A program made the position numbers and the translations under genes. A stretch of DNA of 64,000 nucleotides from Thermoplasmata archaeon (GTDB lineage: Archaea > Thermoplasmatota > Thermoplasmata > Lutacidiplasmatales > UBA184): NCBI GenBank assembly GCA_021817245.1, contig JAKAVQ010000006.1:66001-130000 (forward strand), written 5' to 3'. The notes below the pieces were generated by a model. The model ran no database searches. It had not been told where the DNA came from and saw only the letters and a program-made list of their open reading frames with translations. Within the stretch, counting starts at the first letter, position 1. Every line of letters starts with the position of its first letter. Below, one piece after another: positions 48,045 through 57,468 of this stretch.

Positions 48045-49927
48045 GATCCGGTGCCGGTGGGTGGCGCCTCGCCGTCGGCGATCCGCGCGATCGCTGCGCG
48101 GAGCGCATCGGCGACCTCCTTTCCGTCGCGGCGGCCCCGAACCTCTCGCATCACGTCGCCCATCAGCGCCGAGAACGCCTCCTTGCCCCGGCGGCGGACG
48201 AGCTCCTCGTTCGCCCGAACGACCCGGTCGACCAGCGCCGCCAGCTCCTCGGCCCGGAATCCCGAGAGCCCCGAGCGCTCGACCGCGGTATCGAGGTCGG
48301 GCGCCCCGGCGGCGAGCGCCGACAGGACGGCCGGGATCCCCTCTTTCGCAAATCGGCCCGACTCGACCGCGGTGAGCAAGGCGTCGAGCGTTACCGGTTC
48401 GAGCGCGAAGGGTCCGCTTCCCTCCGGGCGAGTGACCGACGGGAGTTCGTGGAGGAGGAGGCGGGCCACGAGCGCGGGAGCGTGGCCGTGCGCGGTGAGC
48501 TCCTCGAACGGCTCCTCGTCCTCGCTGTAGACGATCTGCCGGACCACCTCGGGGTCCAGCCCGTGCTCCCGGGCCAGGCGGGCGCGGCGCGCCTCCGGGC
48601 GCTCGGGCAGCGAGCGCTCGACGGACCGGATCCGATCCCTGCCGATCGGGATCGGCGGGATGTCGGTCTCGGGGTACATCCGGTCGCGGCCGGGAAGCGG
48701 TCGGGAGTAGCGGCTCCGGCCCTCCGCGAGGGGGTCCCGGGTCTCCCCGGGAACTCCCGACCGCGCCGCATTGGCCCGTTGGGCGACCCGCCGGAGGACG
48801 AGCTCGGCCCGATCCCTCGACCGCTCCGACACGAGCACGAACGCATCGCCGGCTCCGAGCATCAGGCGGGCCCGGATCTCCCGGACCCGCTCCTCCGTGA
48901 TTCCGTGCGCGGGGAGCTCGTCCGAGTGAAGGAGCCCCCGGACCCCCAGCGCCCGGGCCTGGTCGGCGAGCTCCCGTCCAAGCCGCTCCTCGGTCCCGGC
49001 GGGCGAGCGGAGGAGCCCGTCGAATCCGGGAAGGGCGAGGGCGAGCACCACGGTCGAACCTTTCCCGGCGCCGGCGAGCGGCCCGCTCGTGATGTCGTCG
49101 ACAAGCCCGGTCAGGTCGACCGGTCGGCCGTCGGGCGGCGGGGCGGACCGGCGGGCGAGTTCGTCCCGGATCTCGAGGAGGAGACGCTGCCGGGCGACCT
49201 CGCGGTCGACGTACTCCTGGATCTTGTTGAGCTCCTGGACCCCCTTGATCTCGATACGGTGACCACCGTCCGCGGAGACGTTGAGGTCCTCCCGGATCGT
49301 CCCGATGCCTCGGCGCACCCGCCGGGTCGCTCGCAGGAGCGCCCCGATCTCCTGGGCGACCGCGCGGGCCTCGCGTCCCGTGGAGATCTCGGGCCCGGTC
49401 GCGATCTCGACGAGCGGGATCCCGAGTCGATCGAGACGGTAGGTAACCTCTTCGCCACTCTCGCGGACCTTGCGTGCCGCATCCTCCTCGAGGCACACGG
49501 AAAGGATGGAGATCCGGCGCCCGTCCACGTCGAGATGGCCATCGGTCGCGATGAGCGCGGTCCGTTGGAATCCCGAGGTGTTCGAACCGTCGACTACGAT
49601 CTTGCGCATGACCGTGATCTCGTCGACCGGTCGAGCGTTCAAGAGGAGCGCGAGCGCAAGCGCCGTATCGAGCGCCGCGGGGTTCAAAGGATGGGGAGGC
49701 TCCTCGTCGAGCTCTACGAGACAGCTCGACGGAACGACCTCGTACCGGTAACGCAGCTCCCGGGAAGCCTGGAAGGCCGCGGCCGCATCGATCGCGCGAT
49801 CTTCTCCACCCGCCGGACGAAGCCGCCGCACGACGGTACCGAGGACCTCCTCGGAGAGCTCGGAGGGGCAGGCGCAGAACAGCTTCGAGAGCGAGAGCTG
49901 CTGGTGGACCTCGAGGCCGGCCTTCAT
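48041..49927 (-). CDS. gatE: Glu-tRNA(Gln) amidotransferase subunit GatE
   Basis: GLEVHQQL, KLFCACP, MRKIVVDGSNTSGFQRT, LEEDAARK, DRLGIPLVEI, RMYPETDIPP. Confidence 0.96.
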   Translation of the reverse strand: MKAGLEVHQQLSLSKLFCACPSELSEEVLGTVVRRLRPAGGEDRAIDAAAAFQASRELRYRYEVVPSSCLVELDEEPPHPLNPAALDTALALALLLNARPVDEITVMRKIVVDGSNTSGFQRTALIATDGHLDVDGRRISILSVCLEEDAARKVRESGEEVTYRLDRLGIPLVEIATGPEISTGREARAVAQEIGALLRATRRVRRGIGTIREDLNVSADGGHRIEIKGVQELNKIQEYVDREVARQRLLLEIRDELARRSAPPPDGRPVDLTGLVDDITSGPLAGAGKGSTVVLALALPGFDGLLRSPAGTEERLGRELADQARALGVRGLLHSDELPAHGITEERVREIRARLMLGAGDAFVLVSERSRDRAELVLRRVAQRANAARSGVPGETRDPLAEGRSRYSRPLPGRDRMYPETDIPPIPIGRDRIRSVERSLPERPEARRARLAREHGLDPEVVRQIVYSEDEEPFEELTAHGHAPALVARLLLHELPSVTRPEGSGPFALEPVTLDALLTAVESGRFAKEGIPAVLSALAAGAPDLDTAVERSGLSGFRAEELAALVDRVVRANEELVRRRGKEAFSALMGDVMREVRGRRDGKEVADALRAAIARIADGEAPPTGTGS

Positions 49928-51246
49928 GCCGGCTCCCCCCGCGCGGGGTGGCGACCTGGGGACTCGCCGACCTGGTCCTCGCGCATGAGGCGGGTCACTT
50001 CGGCCGGGTCGTTCGACCGCCCGAGCGCCCAGACCAGCTTCGCGTACGCCGTCTCGGGCAGAAGGTCGCCGAGGTAGAGCACGCCCGCCCGCAAGAGGTC
50101 GCGGCCCGTGGCGTAGACATACGGGTCCGAATCTCCGGCGAGGCACTGGGTCGTCATCCCGACAAGGATCCCCCGCACCGTCGCGGCGCGGATCCAGCCA
50201 AGGTGGCGCAACGCGACATGTCCGAGGCCGGTGCCCGCGAGGATCACCCCGCGAAGCGGTCGGACGAACTCCTCCGCGCGATGGGGGTCCAGCCCGGGAT
50301 AGAACCAGAGGAGACCGGCGCGATCGTCGAGCGGCAGCTCTGCCCTCGCGGGACCCGCTGCCGCCGAACGCACCGGACCGCTCAGGTGGACCTCCCCGTT
50401 CTCGACCTCGCCGAGCACGGGCCCGTTCCGGCTCTCGAAGGCATCCCTCCGGCTTGAGTGCATCTTGCGCACCCACGTACCGCGGTGGATCGCGAAGCGG
50501 GTATCGGAGAGGCCGGCGTGCATCACCACCACCACTTCCCCGATTCGGCGGTCGCGGGCAACGGCCGCCGCTGCGGCGAGATTGCTCGAGCCGTCCGAGG
50601 AGGGGCGATCGGGGGAGCGCTGGGCACCGACCAGCACGACCGGTCCGGGCAGGTCGCGCACGAGGAAGCTGAGCGCGGCCGCGGTAAATCCCAGCGTATC
50701 GGTCCCGTGAGGGATGACGATCCCCTCGGCCCCGTCCCGGAACGCGTCGACGACCTTCTCGGCGAGCGTTGCCCAGTCGGCCGGCACGAAGTCTTCGCTC
50801 AAGCGATCGAAGACCGGAACGATCCGAACTCGACCGCTCTTCCCGAGGTCCGGATAGAAGGCGAGGATCTCCCGCTCCTCGCGAACCGGACGCACCCCCC
50901 CGGTCTCGTAGTCGATACGGGAAGCGATCGTTCCTCCGGTGGCGAGCAAGGTGATCCAGCGGCCGGCCGCGTGCGGTCCACCCTCCGCGGGCGATCGGGG
51001 CTCGGCCCTTCGTTCCGGAGTAGGCGTCGGCTCGAGCAGCCGGTAGGAGGCCTCGGCCCCGATCCGGACCCCGACGTTGTACCCGCTTTCGAGCTTCAAG
51101 ATCAAGATCCGTTCTCCCGAGAGCTCGTGGCGCGGCACGACGCTCCCGACGAAGACTCCACCTCGGCCGTCCGAAAGCTCGATCCGCTGGCCCATCGGGA
51201 GGCCCCGCAGCGCTTCCCAGGGATCTACGGCATCACGGACCGACAT
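49924..51246 (-). CDS. gatD: Glu-tRNA(Gln) amidotransferase subunit GatD
   Basis: LKLESGYNVG, TGGTIASRIDYETG, HGTDT, QRSPDRPSSD, RKMHSSRRDAF, GTGLGH. Confidence 0.96.
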   Translation of the reverse strand: MSVRDAVDPWEALRGLPMGQRIELSDGRGGVFVGSVVPRHELSGERILILKLESGYNVGVRIGAEASYRLLEPTPTPERRAEPRSPAEGGPHAAGRWITLLATGGTIASRIDYETGGVRPVREEREILAFYPDLGKSGRVRIVPVFDRLSEDFVPADWATLAEKVVDAFRDGAEGIVIPHGTDTLGFTAAALSFLVRDLPGPVVLVGAQRSPDRPSSDGSSNLAAAAAVARDRRIGEVVVVMHAGLSDTRFAIHRGTWVRKMHSSRRDAFESRNGPVLGEVENGEVHLSGPVRSAAAGPARAELPLDDRAGLLWFYPGLDPHRAEEFVRPLRGVILAGTGLGHVALRHLGWIRAATVRGILVGMTTQCLAGDSDPYVYATGRDLLRAGVLYLGDLLPETAYAKLVWALGRSNDPAEVTRLMREDQVGESPGRHPARGEPA

Positions 51247-51383
51247 CGATCGTGCCCCCGCGCTTCCCCCTGCCGCGGGGAGGCGTCCCCGGTAATAAAG
51301 CGTCGGGCGGCCGCTCTCCCGTCGGGTCCGGCCTTTTATACCGGACCATCCTCGGCGCGCCCGGTAGGTCCACCACTTCGGAT

Positions 51384-51492
51384 GCCCGTGTGGGGTAGCT
51401 ACGGGTCCGGGGCAATCCCCCCGGCTCGCTGCAATGGATTATCCTAGAGGCCTGCGGAGCCTCAGACCTGGGTTCGAATCCCAGCACGGGCG
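51384..51492 (+). tRNA. tRNA-Arg(GCG) with a ~34-nt non-canonical D-loop intron (~51400-51433); probable integration site
   Basis: Acceptor GCCCGTG/CACGGGC, anticodon arm GAGGC-CTGCGGA-GCCTC, T arm CTGGG-TTCGAAT-CCCAG; TTTTATA box at ~51334-51340. Confidence 0.92.
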
Positions 51493-51544
51493 TCTAACTC
51501 CTTCTTCGAATAGTTCATATCCCCGTTGAACCTACCCCTATCGA

Positions 51545-52840
51545 ATGGCGAAGCGGATTGACCACCGACCCCTGCTCATGGACAAGCAAATCCGCACATG
51601 GTACGACGAGAACTCGCTTCGGTCGAGGCTGACCGCAGAGGTTAACCTTCGGCAACTCGGCCTCTTCTGTCACGTCACAGAAACCGATCCTCGACGACTC
51701 GTCCAGCTCGGTCAGAGAGATCCCGAGCGGCTGCACGGAACCCTCGTTCGATACGCGAAGACGCTCCAAGGATCGGGCCGGCTTCCGAGTTACATCGCAA
51801 AGACGTTCGTGGGAATCAAGGGGTGGCTTCGTTTCAACCGCGTCGAGTTCGACCAGTTTCCCCGACTCCGAGTGGTCCAGGGCGAATCCATCCGAGAGGA
51901 GCGCGTCCCCACCCAGGAGGAGCTTCGAAGGATCCTCTCGACCTACTCGGCCAGGGGGCGCGTCGTTTCCCTGCTCATGGCGCACACCGGAGTCAGACCC
52001 GGCGTACTTGCAGCGATTGACGGTAGCGATGGCCTCCGGCTCTCCGATTTGAAAGACCTCGAGTTGGGTGCGGACCCCAAGTTCGGGCGTGTGCCCTTTC
52101 ACTTGGTCGTCCCGGCTCGGCTCTCCAAGACCTCGGTCGAGTACCACACCTTCGGGACGCCCGAACTCGCTGACGCGATCCTAGCGTACCTCGCCGAGCG
52201 GCGACAACGAGGGGAGGAACTCAGACCTTCGTCCCCGGTTGTTACCGTCGACGCGATGGGCGCCCGGACAAAGCTACGCGAGAAGTCGAAGACCGGTTTC
52301 ATCACGACGCCGATGATGATGCGCGCTCTCCGGGACGGCCTCAAGGCGATCCTCCCGAGCGCGCGGACCTACGTGTTCCGCGCCTACTGTTCGACCCAGA
52401 TGGTCTCGGCACGGATCGACCGAGACGTGCGCGAGGCGATCTTGGGTCACTCCCTCGGAGTGAGCGGCCGGTACAACCTCTCGAAGAAGCTACACCCTTC
52501 GGTGGTCGAAGAGCTCCGCCGGGAGTACGCAAGGGCCGTTCCTTACCTCGAGTCGGGCCGCCCCAAGGAGGATCGCGCGACTGTCCTCGAGGGAGTCCTC
52601 GCGGCGCTGCTCAAGGAGAAGGGGGTCAAGGACGACAAGATCAGCGAGGTCCTCGAGGGCAAGGTTGCGGGGGACGAACTCGAACGGATCCTGGGCTCAC
52701 GCAAGGCGGAGCCCATCCAAAGGGTGGTCCCGACGACGGGGGTTTCGGAGCTGCTCTTGCTAGGCTGGGAGTTCGTTTCCCCGCTCGGGACCGACCAGGC
52801 AGTTCTCCGGGCGCCCGCGAACGGCACGGCCCCCGTGTGA
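51545..52840 (+). CDS. Tyrosine recombinase/integrase
   Basis: PTQEELRRIL, TGVRPG (R), RLSKT (K), YVFR (HxxR with H-to-Y), ILGH, GRY (catalytic Y). Confidence 0.9.
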   Translation: MAKRIDHRPLLMDKQIRTWYDENSLRSRLTAEVNLRQLGLFCHVTETDPRRLVQLGQRDPERLHGTLVRYAKTLQGSGRLPSYIAKTFVGIKGWLRFNRVEFDQFPRLRVVQGESIREERVPTQEELRRILSTYSARGRVVSLLMAHTGVRPGVLAAIDGSDGLRLSDLKDLELGADPKFGRVPFHLVVPARLSKTSVEYHTFGTPELADAILAYLAERRQRGEELRPSSPVVTVDAMGARTKLREKSKTGFITTPMMMRALRDGLKAILPSARTYVFRAYCSTQMVSARIDRDVREAILGHSLGVSGRYNLSKKLHPSVVEELRREYARAVPYLESGRPKEDRATVLEGVLAALLKEKGVKDDKISEVLEGKVAGDELERILGSRKAEPIQRVVPTTGVSELLLLGWEFVSPLGTDQAVLRAPANGTAPV

Positions 52841-52935
52841 GACCGCCACCCGGCTCCGGGGGACCCGCCATGAGCACCGACCTTCGGGCAGACGATTGTT
52901 ACCGAAACGGGTCAACGGTCCACCACTCAGTAGGG

Positions 52936-54225
52936 TTACTCGACTTTCCGTTCCCACCCCGCCCTCGAATAGATGCGCTGACGTTCGACCACTACCGTCC
53001 CGGTCGCTTGTCCAAGCCATCGGAGGTAGGAACGGACGCTCTTTGCCCTCCGTATGGGGGTCGAGCCTCGCAAGTGCGACGTGGCCTCGATGATGCGAGC
53101 TACTTCGGAGTCACTCACTCCCTCGGCCCCCCTCTCCCGCACGAGGCTGAACACGCGGTTGAGTAGAGGATTCTTGAGCAATCGTTCGGCGACAAGTAGT
53201 TCCCTTCTCTCTTGGGGAAGCCCCACGTACTGCCTTCCCTTGTCGGTGAGTGCGAACACTCCCTCTTCGAGCCGTACGAGCCCGAGTGCTTCCGCGGCTT
53301 CGCGGTAGTAACTCCCTTGACGGGTGGTGATCTTGTAGTGGTCCGCCCACCCCTTCGCCGTCGTGATTCCCGATTGGACGAGAAGGGGTAGCTCCACGAC
53401 CTTCCGCAAGTCATCGGCTTGGGGGACGATATCGACGCTCGGGTCGGGCGTGACGTCACTCAACCAATCTTGGGGAGCCTGCTCTTCGACGACCCGGTAT
53501 CGGGCCCTGCTTCGGCACCTGATACTCTCGTAGTCGTACGAGTCCGTCCACTCGTATTCCCACACCGAATAGGTCGAGACATCGGGTTCGGCAACGAAGA
53601 AGAACGAGCGGACGCTCTTGCCGGGCGACCACTCCCGGAACGTTCGGTAGGGAAAGTAGAGTTGCCGAACGAGAAAGTCGCGGCGGGTGTCGGCCTTTCC
53701 TTCGAAGAGCAGAACGTCACGCGGACCTTCGAACCCGGCGTCGAGTTCCATACCGGCTCCCCGAACGTCGAGATTCGGCGAGCCGTCGATTCGAAACGTG
53801 AACGTGCCGCTCCCCATCTTTCCCGAGATGGTTTGGTAGAGGGACGGGACGCCCGAGAAGTGGCTCAGGAGGCCCGTGTGGTAGGCGTGGAGGAGAAACC
53901 GGTTCTCCCCTTTACCATACGCAAGTGTCGTGAGCGAGATGGGCAGTCGGGCGCGGTAGGCTTGCGGCTCGCCGGGGTCTTCGAGTTCGTGGTAGCCCCT
54001 CCCACGAACTACGGCGTACCGAGATCGCGAGAGGGGGACCACGAACACGCCGTTATCGCGGAACAAGGTAGGGAGCTTGTCTTCGGAATCCATCGAAGCG
54101 AGCAGGCGGGGCTCGACACCGAGATGGATGTGGATGTCTTGGTTGGTGACGAAATTGACGGGGGCCGTGATGTCGAGATGGAGCTTGTCAATGAGTTCGG
54201 ACCATCGCTCGTGAAGTACGACCAT
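52936..54225 (-). CDS. Putative type II restriction endonuclease (PD-(D/E)xK) with C-terminal winged helix
   Basis: EPRLLASMD, ELDAGFEG..LLFEGK, FLVRQLYFPYR, VPQADD, QGSYYREAAEALGLV; 4 nt downstream of a Dam-type MTase. Confidence 0.75.
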   Translation of the reverse strand: MVVLHERWSELIDKLHLDITAPVNFVTNQDIHIHLGVEPRLLASMDSEDKLPTLFRDNGVFVVPLSRSRYAVVRGRGYHELEDPGEPQAYRARLPISLTTLAYGKGENRFLLHAYHTGLLSHFSGVPSLYQTISGKMGSGTFTFRIDGSPNLDVRGAGMELDAGFEGPRDVLLFEGKADTRRDFLVRQLYFPYRTFREWSPGKSVRSFFFVAEPDVSTYSVWEYEWTDSYDYESIRCRSRARYRVVEEQAPQDWLSDVTPDPSVDIVPQADDLRKVVELPLLVQSGITTAKGWADHYKITTRQGSYYREAAEALGLVRLEEGVFALTDKGRQYVGLPQERRELLVAERLLKNPLLNRVFSLVRERGAEGVSDSEVARIIEATSHLRGSTPIRRAKSVRSYLRWLGQATGTVVVERQRIYSRAGWERKVE

Positions 54226-54229
54226 CGAC

Positions 54230-55060
54230 CTACCCGTAATTCATCACAAGCAACTCGTCAATCGCGCCGCGGGCCGTCCCCTTGGAGTTGATGGCTCGCT
54301 TTGCCTTCAACGCCTCAATCCGGAACCCGTCGTAGAGCGTCTTGACGAGCGGCGTCGCGGAGTTGGAGAGCATCACGAGGACCCCCCGCTTGTCGAGCCG
54401 GCGATAGGTTTCGGCAAGCTTCCTTTGCTCTCGGTTTCCGAAGTCCTCTTTGGTGTAGCTCGTGAACTTGGACGTTTCGCTCAACGGGTGGTAGGGGGGG
54501 TCCAAGTAAACGAAGTCCCCGATCTTGACCCTCGCACACACCTTCTGGTAGTCGGCGAGGACAATGTTCTTACCGCGGAGAAGGGCACTCGTCGCGGGCA
54601 AGTTCTCCCGGTCGTAGAGAGTTGGGTTCTTGTAGCCGCCCCACGGGACGTTGAAGTTGCCGTCGGAGTTTACCCGATACAAGCCGTTGAAGCACGTCTT
54701 GTTCAGGAAGATGGTTCGTGCGGCTCGCTCGACCGACGAGAGCGTAGATGGGTCCGTGGCTCGAACCTTGTAGAAGTAGGCTTCCTCGGTTCGTTGCGGG
54801 AGGTGTTCGTCGAGCGCCCGCATTAGGCCGCCGGGGTCATCGCGAACGATTGTGAACGTGTTGACGAGTTCGGGGTTCGAGTCGGACAACATGGCCTTCT
54901 CGGGCTGGAGATGGAAGAAGACGGCCCCTCCCCCGAGGAACGGCTCGAAGTACGTTCGAAAGTCCTTCGGGAAGAACGGCTCCATCTGGGGAATAAGTTG
55001 GGCCTTTCCCCCCGCCCACTTGAGAAAGGGGCGCGCCGGGAGGAGGGTCTGGGCCAGCAC
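54230..55060 (-). CDS. DNA adenine methyltransferase (Dam/D12 class)
   Basis: FLKWAGGK, EPFLGGGAV, FNGLYRVN, YLDPPY, FTSY, MLSNS; GGTGG RBS. Confidence 0.95.
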   Translation of the reverse strand: MLAQTLLPARPFLKWAGGKAQLIPQMEPFFPKDFRTYFEPFLGGGAVFFHLQPEKAMLSDSNPELVNTFTIVRDDPGGLMRALDEHLPQRTEEAYFYKVRATDPSTLSSVERAARTIFLNKTCFNGLYRVNSDGNFNVPWGGYKNPTLYDRENLPATSALLRGKNIVLADYQKVCARVKIGDFVYLDPPYHPLSETSKFTSYTKEDFGNREQRKLAETYRRLDKRGVLVMLSNSATPLVKTLYDGFRIEALKAKRAINSKGTARGAIDELLVMNYG

Positions 55061-55409
55061 GCGGGGCCACCAGCAACGGACTACTTACGCGGAACGCTCA
55101 CCGCCACGTCGAACCCGTAGCCGGCGAGGAATCGGGCGGATCTACCCCCGAAAGAGCGCCGTGGAGCCTCTTTGACGGCCCTGTGAACGAAGGATCTGGG
55201 GGTATCGACGGGCGGCCCGTGGGAACAGGAGAGAGAAACGCTCGGGCCCCGTTTTCGGTTCCGACGCGAACTGGGACATGGGCGAGGGCACGATAAGCCT
55301 GCGAGGGTCGGGGGTGGCGGGGCGCAGTAAGGGGGGATGTGCGTAGGCATCACCCACTCTTGTGGATGCTCCCCGCAGGAAGCCATGTGTGTACGCGCGT
55401 TCGAACCGC

Positions 55410-55522
55410 GGCACCGGCCGGTGCCCGGGAAGCGTAGGCCGGTGTCGTCCGGTGCCGTCGGGGACCGCGCCCCGTGCCGCTTGGTGCCGCAACGGTGCCG
55501 AGCCGGCGTCGGTCCGGTGCCG
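55410..55522. repeat. Array of GGTGCCG-like heptamers at ~10-11 bp spacing, starting with palindrome GGCACCGGCCGGTGCC
   Basis: Exact or near copies at 55420, 55441, 55451, 55473, 55483, 55494, 55505, 55516. Confidence 0.7.
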
Positions 55523-55653
55523 TCGACAAACCCGGGCGATGTGACGCTCTCCGACACCAAGCCGGTTGCAGATCGCGAAGAGACGGGGGGCGGCACTGGG
55601 AGATGCGACGTTACCCGTTACTGTGGAGGCGGCCTGATGTGGCGCGCTCCAAC

Positions 55654-56166
55654 GCGCGCGCGTGAGGACGGAACGGACCGGACCACGCGCTTCCTGCTTT
55701 CCAGCAGGCGGCGTGATGTGGCGCGCTCTCTCACGGGCGCGCGAGGGGGGGAGGATCCGGGCCGGACGAGGACGCGCCGGACGAGTGGGACGAGCCGGAC
55801 GAGTGCTCGCCCCGGACGACTCCCGTTGGCCGGCAGCTGGTCGCCTACCTGGACCGGGAGCAGGCGCTTTCGGCGGCAAAGGATCGCGCCGGGGCGGAGC
55901 GACGCAAGCCTCCCGTCTGCGAGGACTGCGGGGCACGATTCAGCCGGAGGGATGCGATGGAGCGCCACCAATGGAGCGTTCACGGGAATGGAGCGTGACG
56001 CCCGTGGTGGTGGTGGGCGGGGCGCCCCGCCATATATATATCCCGTGCGCGCGCGAGGACGGACCGGACCACGCGCTTCCTGCTTCCCAGGAGGCGACGT
56101 GAAGTGGCGCGCGCTCTCACGCGCGCGTGAGGGGAGCGAGGTCTTCCCCCGGACGAGGACGAGCCG
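55654..56166. repeat. Two imperfect ~120-bp direct repeats (~55654-55779 and ~56045-56166) with GGACGAG nonamer tandem repeats
   Basis: Shared core CGGACCGGACCACGCGCTTCCTGCTT(T/C)CCAG..GTGA(T/A)GTGGCGCG..TCTCACG..CCGGACGAGGACG. Confidence 0.8.
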
Positions 56167-56424
56167 AGGGACAACCTCGTGACACGTTACCAGTAGGAGC
56201 GGGCCGGATCGAGACACTCCGGGCACGGGTCGCCAAGTCGCATCGAGCCGCTGGGCGGTCCCGGGTCCCCGGTCCTGACGCGCGAGAACTACACGCGCGA
56301 GAGGGGGCGCGGGCTCGTCCGGGCGGGCGGGACGAGGGCGGGTCGCTCGCCCGCACACACAAACGGACACGGCCCGTTCCGGAACGTTGTCGGTGGAGGA
56401 AGAGAGCGGACGAGGACGAGTCGG

Positions 56425-56913
56425 TCATGCGCTCGCCCCTCCCGACGGTGCGCACCGCTTGAGATGGCGGCTCAGATTGTCCCGCCGAACCGAGAGGCCG
56501 CACCAGGGGCAGGGAGCGCGGTAGGCACCAGACCAGGCCGAGGGACGGTCAGGGGAGGTGGGCGTGGAGTCCTTCGCTCTCTTGGCCTCTCCTCGAGGCG
56601 GAAGGGGAGAGGGTGGCAGTGGTGGTGGGCGAATAGGCGCGGTACGTACCGTATCCGTTGCGGGGACGAGCGAGGGTCGGACGAGTCGGGGCCACCCCCC
56701 TCCCCGCTCACACATATGGGACACGGCCCGTTCCGTAACGTTTCCGGACCGGAGGGAATAGGCGGTCGCTCCGCTGCGCTCACAACCGGTGCCCGGTATA
56801 GGGCAGGGTCGTCCTCTCCGCGCGCACCGCGTGCACCTTGTGCGCAGACGTCTCCATGCCGTCCGCTCCCACGGAGAGTCCACTTCGTGCGTGCCTCTGG
56901 CGTGTGCGGTCAT
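56425..56913 (-). CDS. Hypothetical zinc-finger protein of the mobile element
   Basis: CTRC..C...C and C-terminal CPWCG..RRDNLSRHLKRC (C2HC-like); stop overlaps the next ATG (ATGA). Confidence 0.4.
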   Translation of the reverse strand: MTAHARGTHEVDSPWERTAWRRLRTRCTRCARRGRPCPIPGTGCERSGATAYSLRSGNVTERAVSHMCERGGGWPRLVRPSLVPATDTVRTAPIRPPPLPPSPLPPRGEAKRAKDSTPTSPDRPSAWSGAYRAPCPWCGLSVRRDNLSRHLKRCAPSGGASA

Positions 56914-57145
56914 GGGAACAGCCGCAGGCCGAGTGCAACCGGCGGTCGCACGCAGTCCCCGGCGGCGACGACAAGCGATAGACCCACGCGAGATGATGGT
57001 GTGAGCAAAGTCCCCGCCCGAGAACCGTCGCCCGAGTCTCGGTGTGACCCAGGGGGTACGACCGAAGGGCTGGGTCCGGGCCCGGGCGGGATCTCGCGCG
57101 ATCGGTGCCAAGGACCCGGGCCGAAGGAAGGATTTATCATTCAGC

Positions 57146-57177
57146 GACATATCCCATCCCTCCCGAGGGGATATGTC
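57146..57177. promoter_or_regulatory. Putative CsoR/RcnR-family operator GACATATCCC-N12-GGGATATGTC overlapping the repressor start
   Basis: Perfect 10-bp inverted repeat with C/G tracts just downstream of a TTTATC box. Confidence 0.65.
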
Positions 57178-57436
57178 CGAGAAGAGTCGCCATCTGGTAG
57201 AATCCCGACTTGCGCGCATTGAAGGTCACATACACGCCGTCCACCGCATGGCCCATGAAGGAAGGAGTTACCCCGAGATCGTCCACCAGATCTCCGCTAT
57301 TCGATCTTCCTTGGATGCCGCGGTTCAAGCAATCGTTGACGATCTGGTTCGGAGCTGTATCCACGACGCGTCCGGCAACGAATCCATTGCCTCGACCGTG
57401 GAGGAACTTCAGGCCGTCGTCGCCAGCGCTCTCTAG
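57173..57436 (+). CDS. CsoR/RcnR family metal-sensing repressor
   Basis: RLARIEGHIHAVHRM, EIVHQISAIRSSL, SCI. Confidence 0.88.
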   Translation: MSEKSRHLVESRLARIEGHIHAVHRMAHEGRSYPEIVHQISAIRSSLDAAVQAIVDDLVRSCIHDASGNESIASTVEELQAVVASAL

Positions 57437-57468
57437 CGAGTACCCTCCCCCCTCCTTCCCGGGTACAA

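Noticed and set aside
55400-56700. Repeats considered as a CRISPR array
   Set aside because: No constant 25-40-nt repeat with unique equal-length spacers, and no cas genes.
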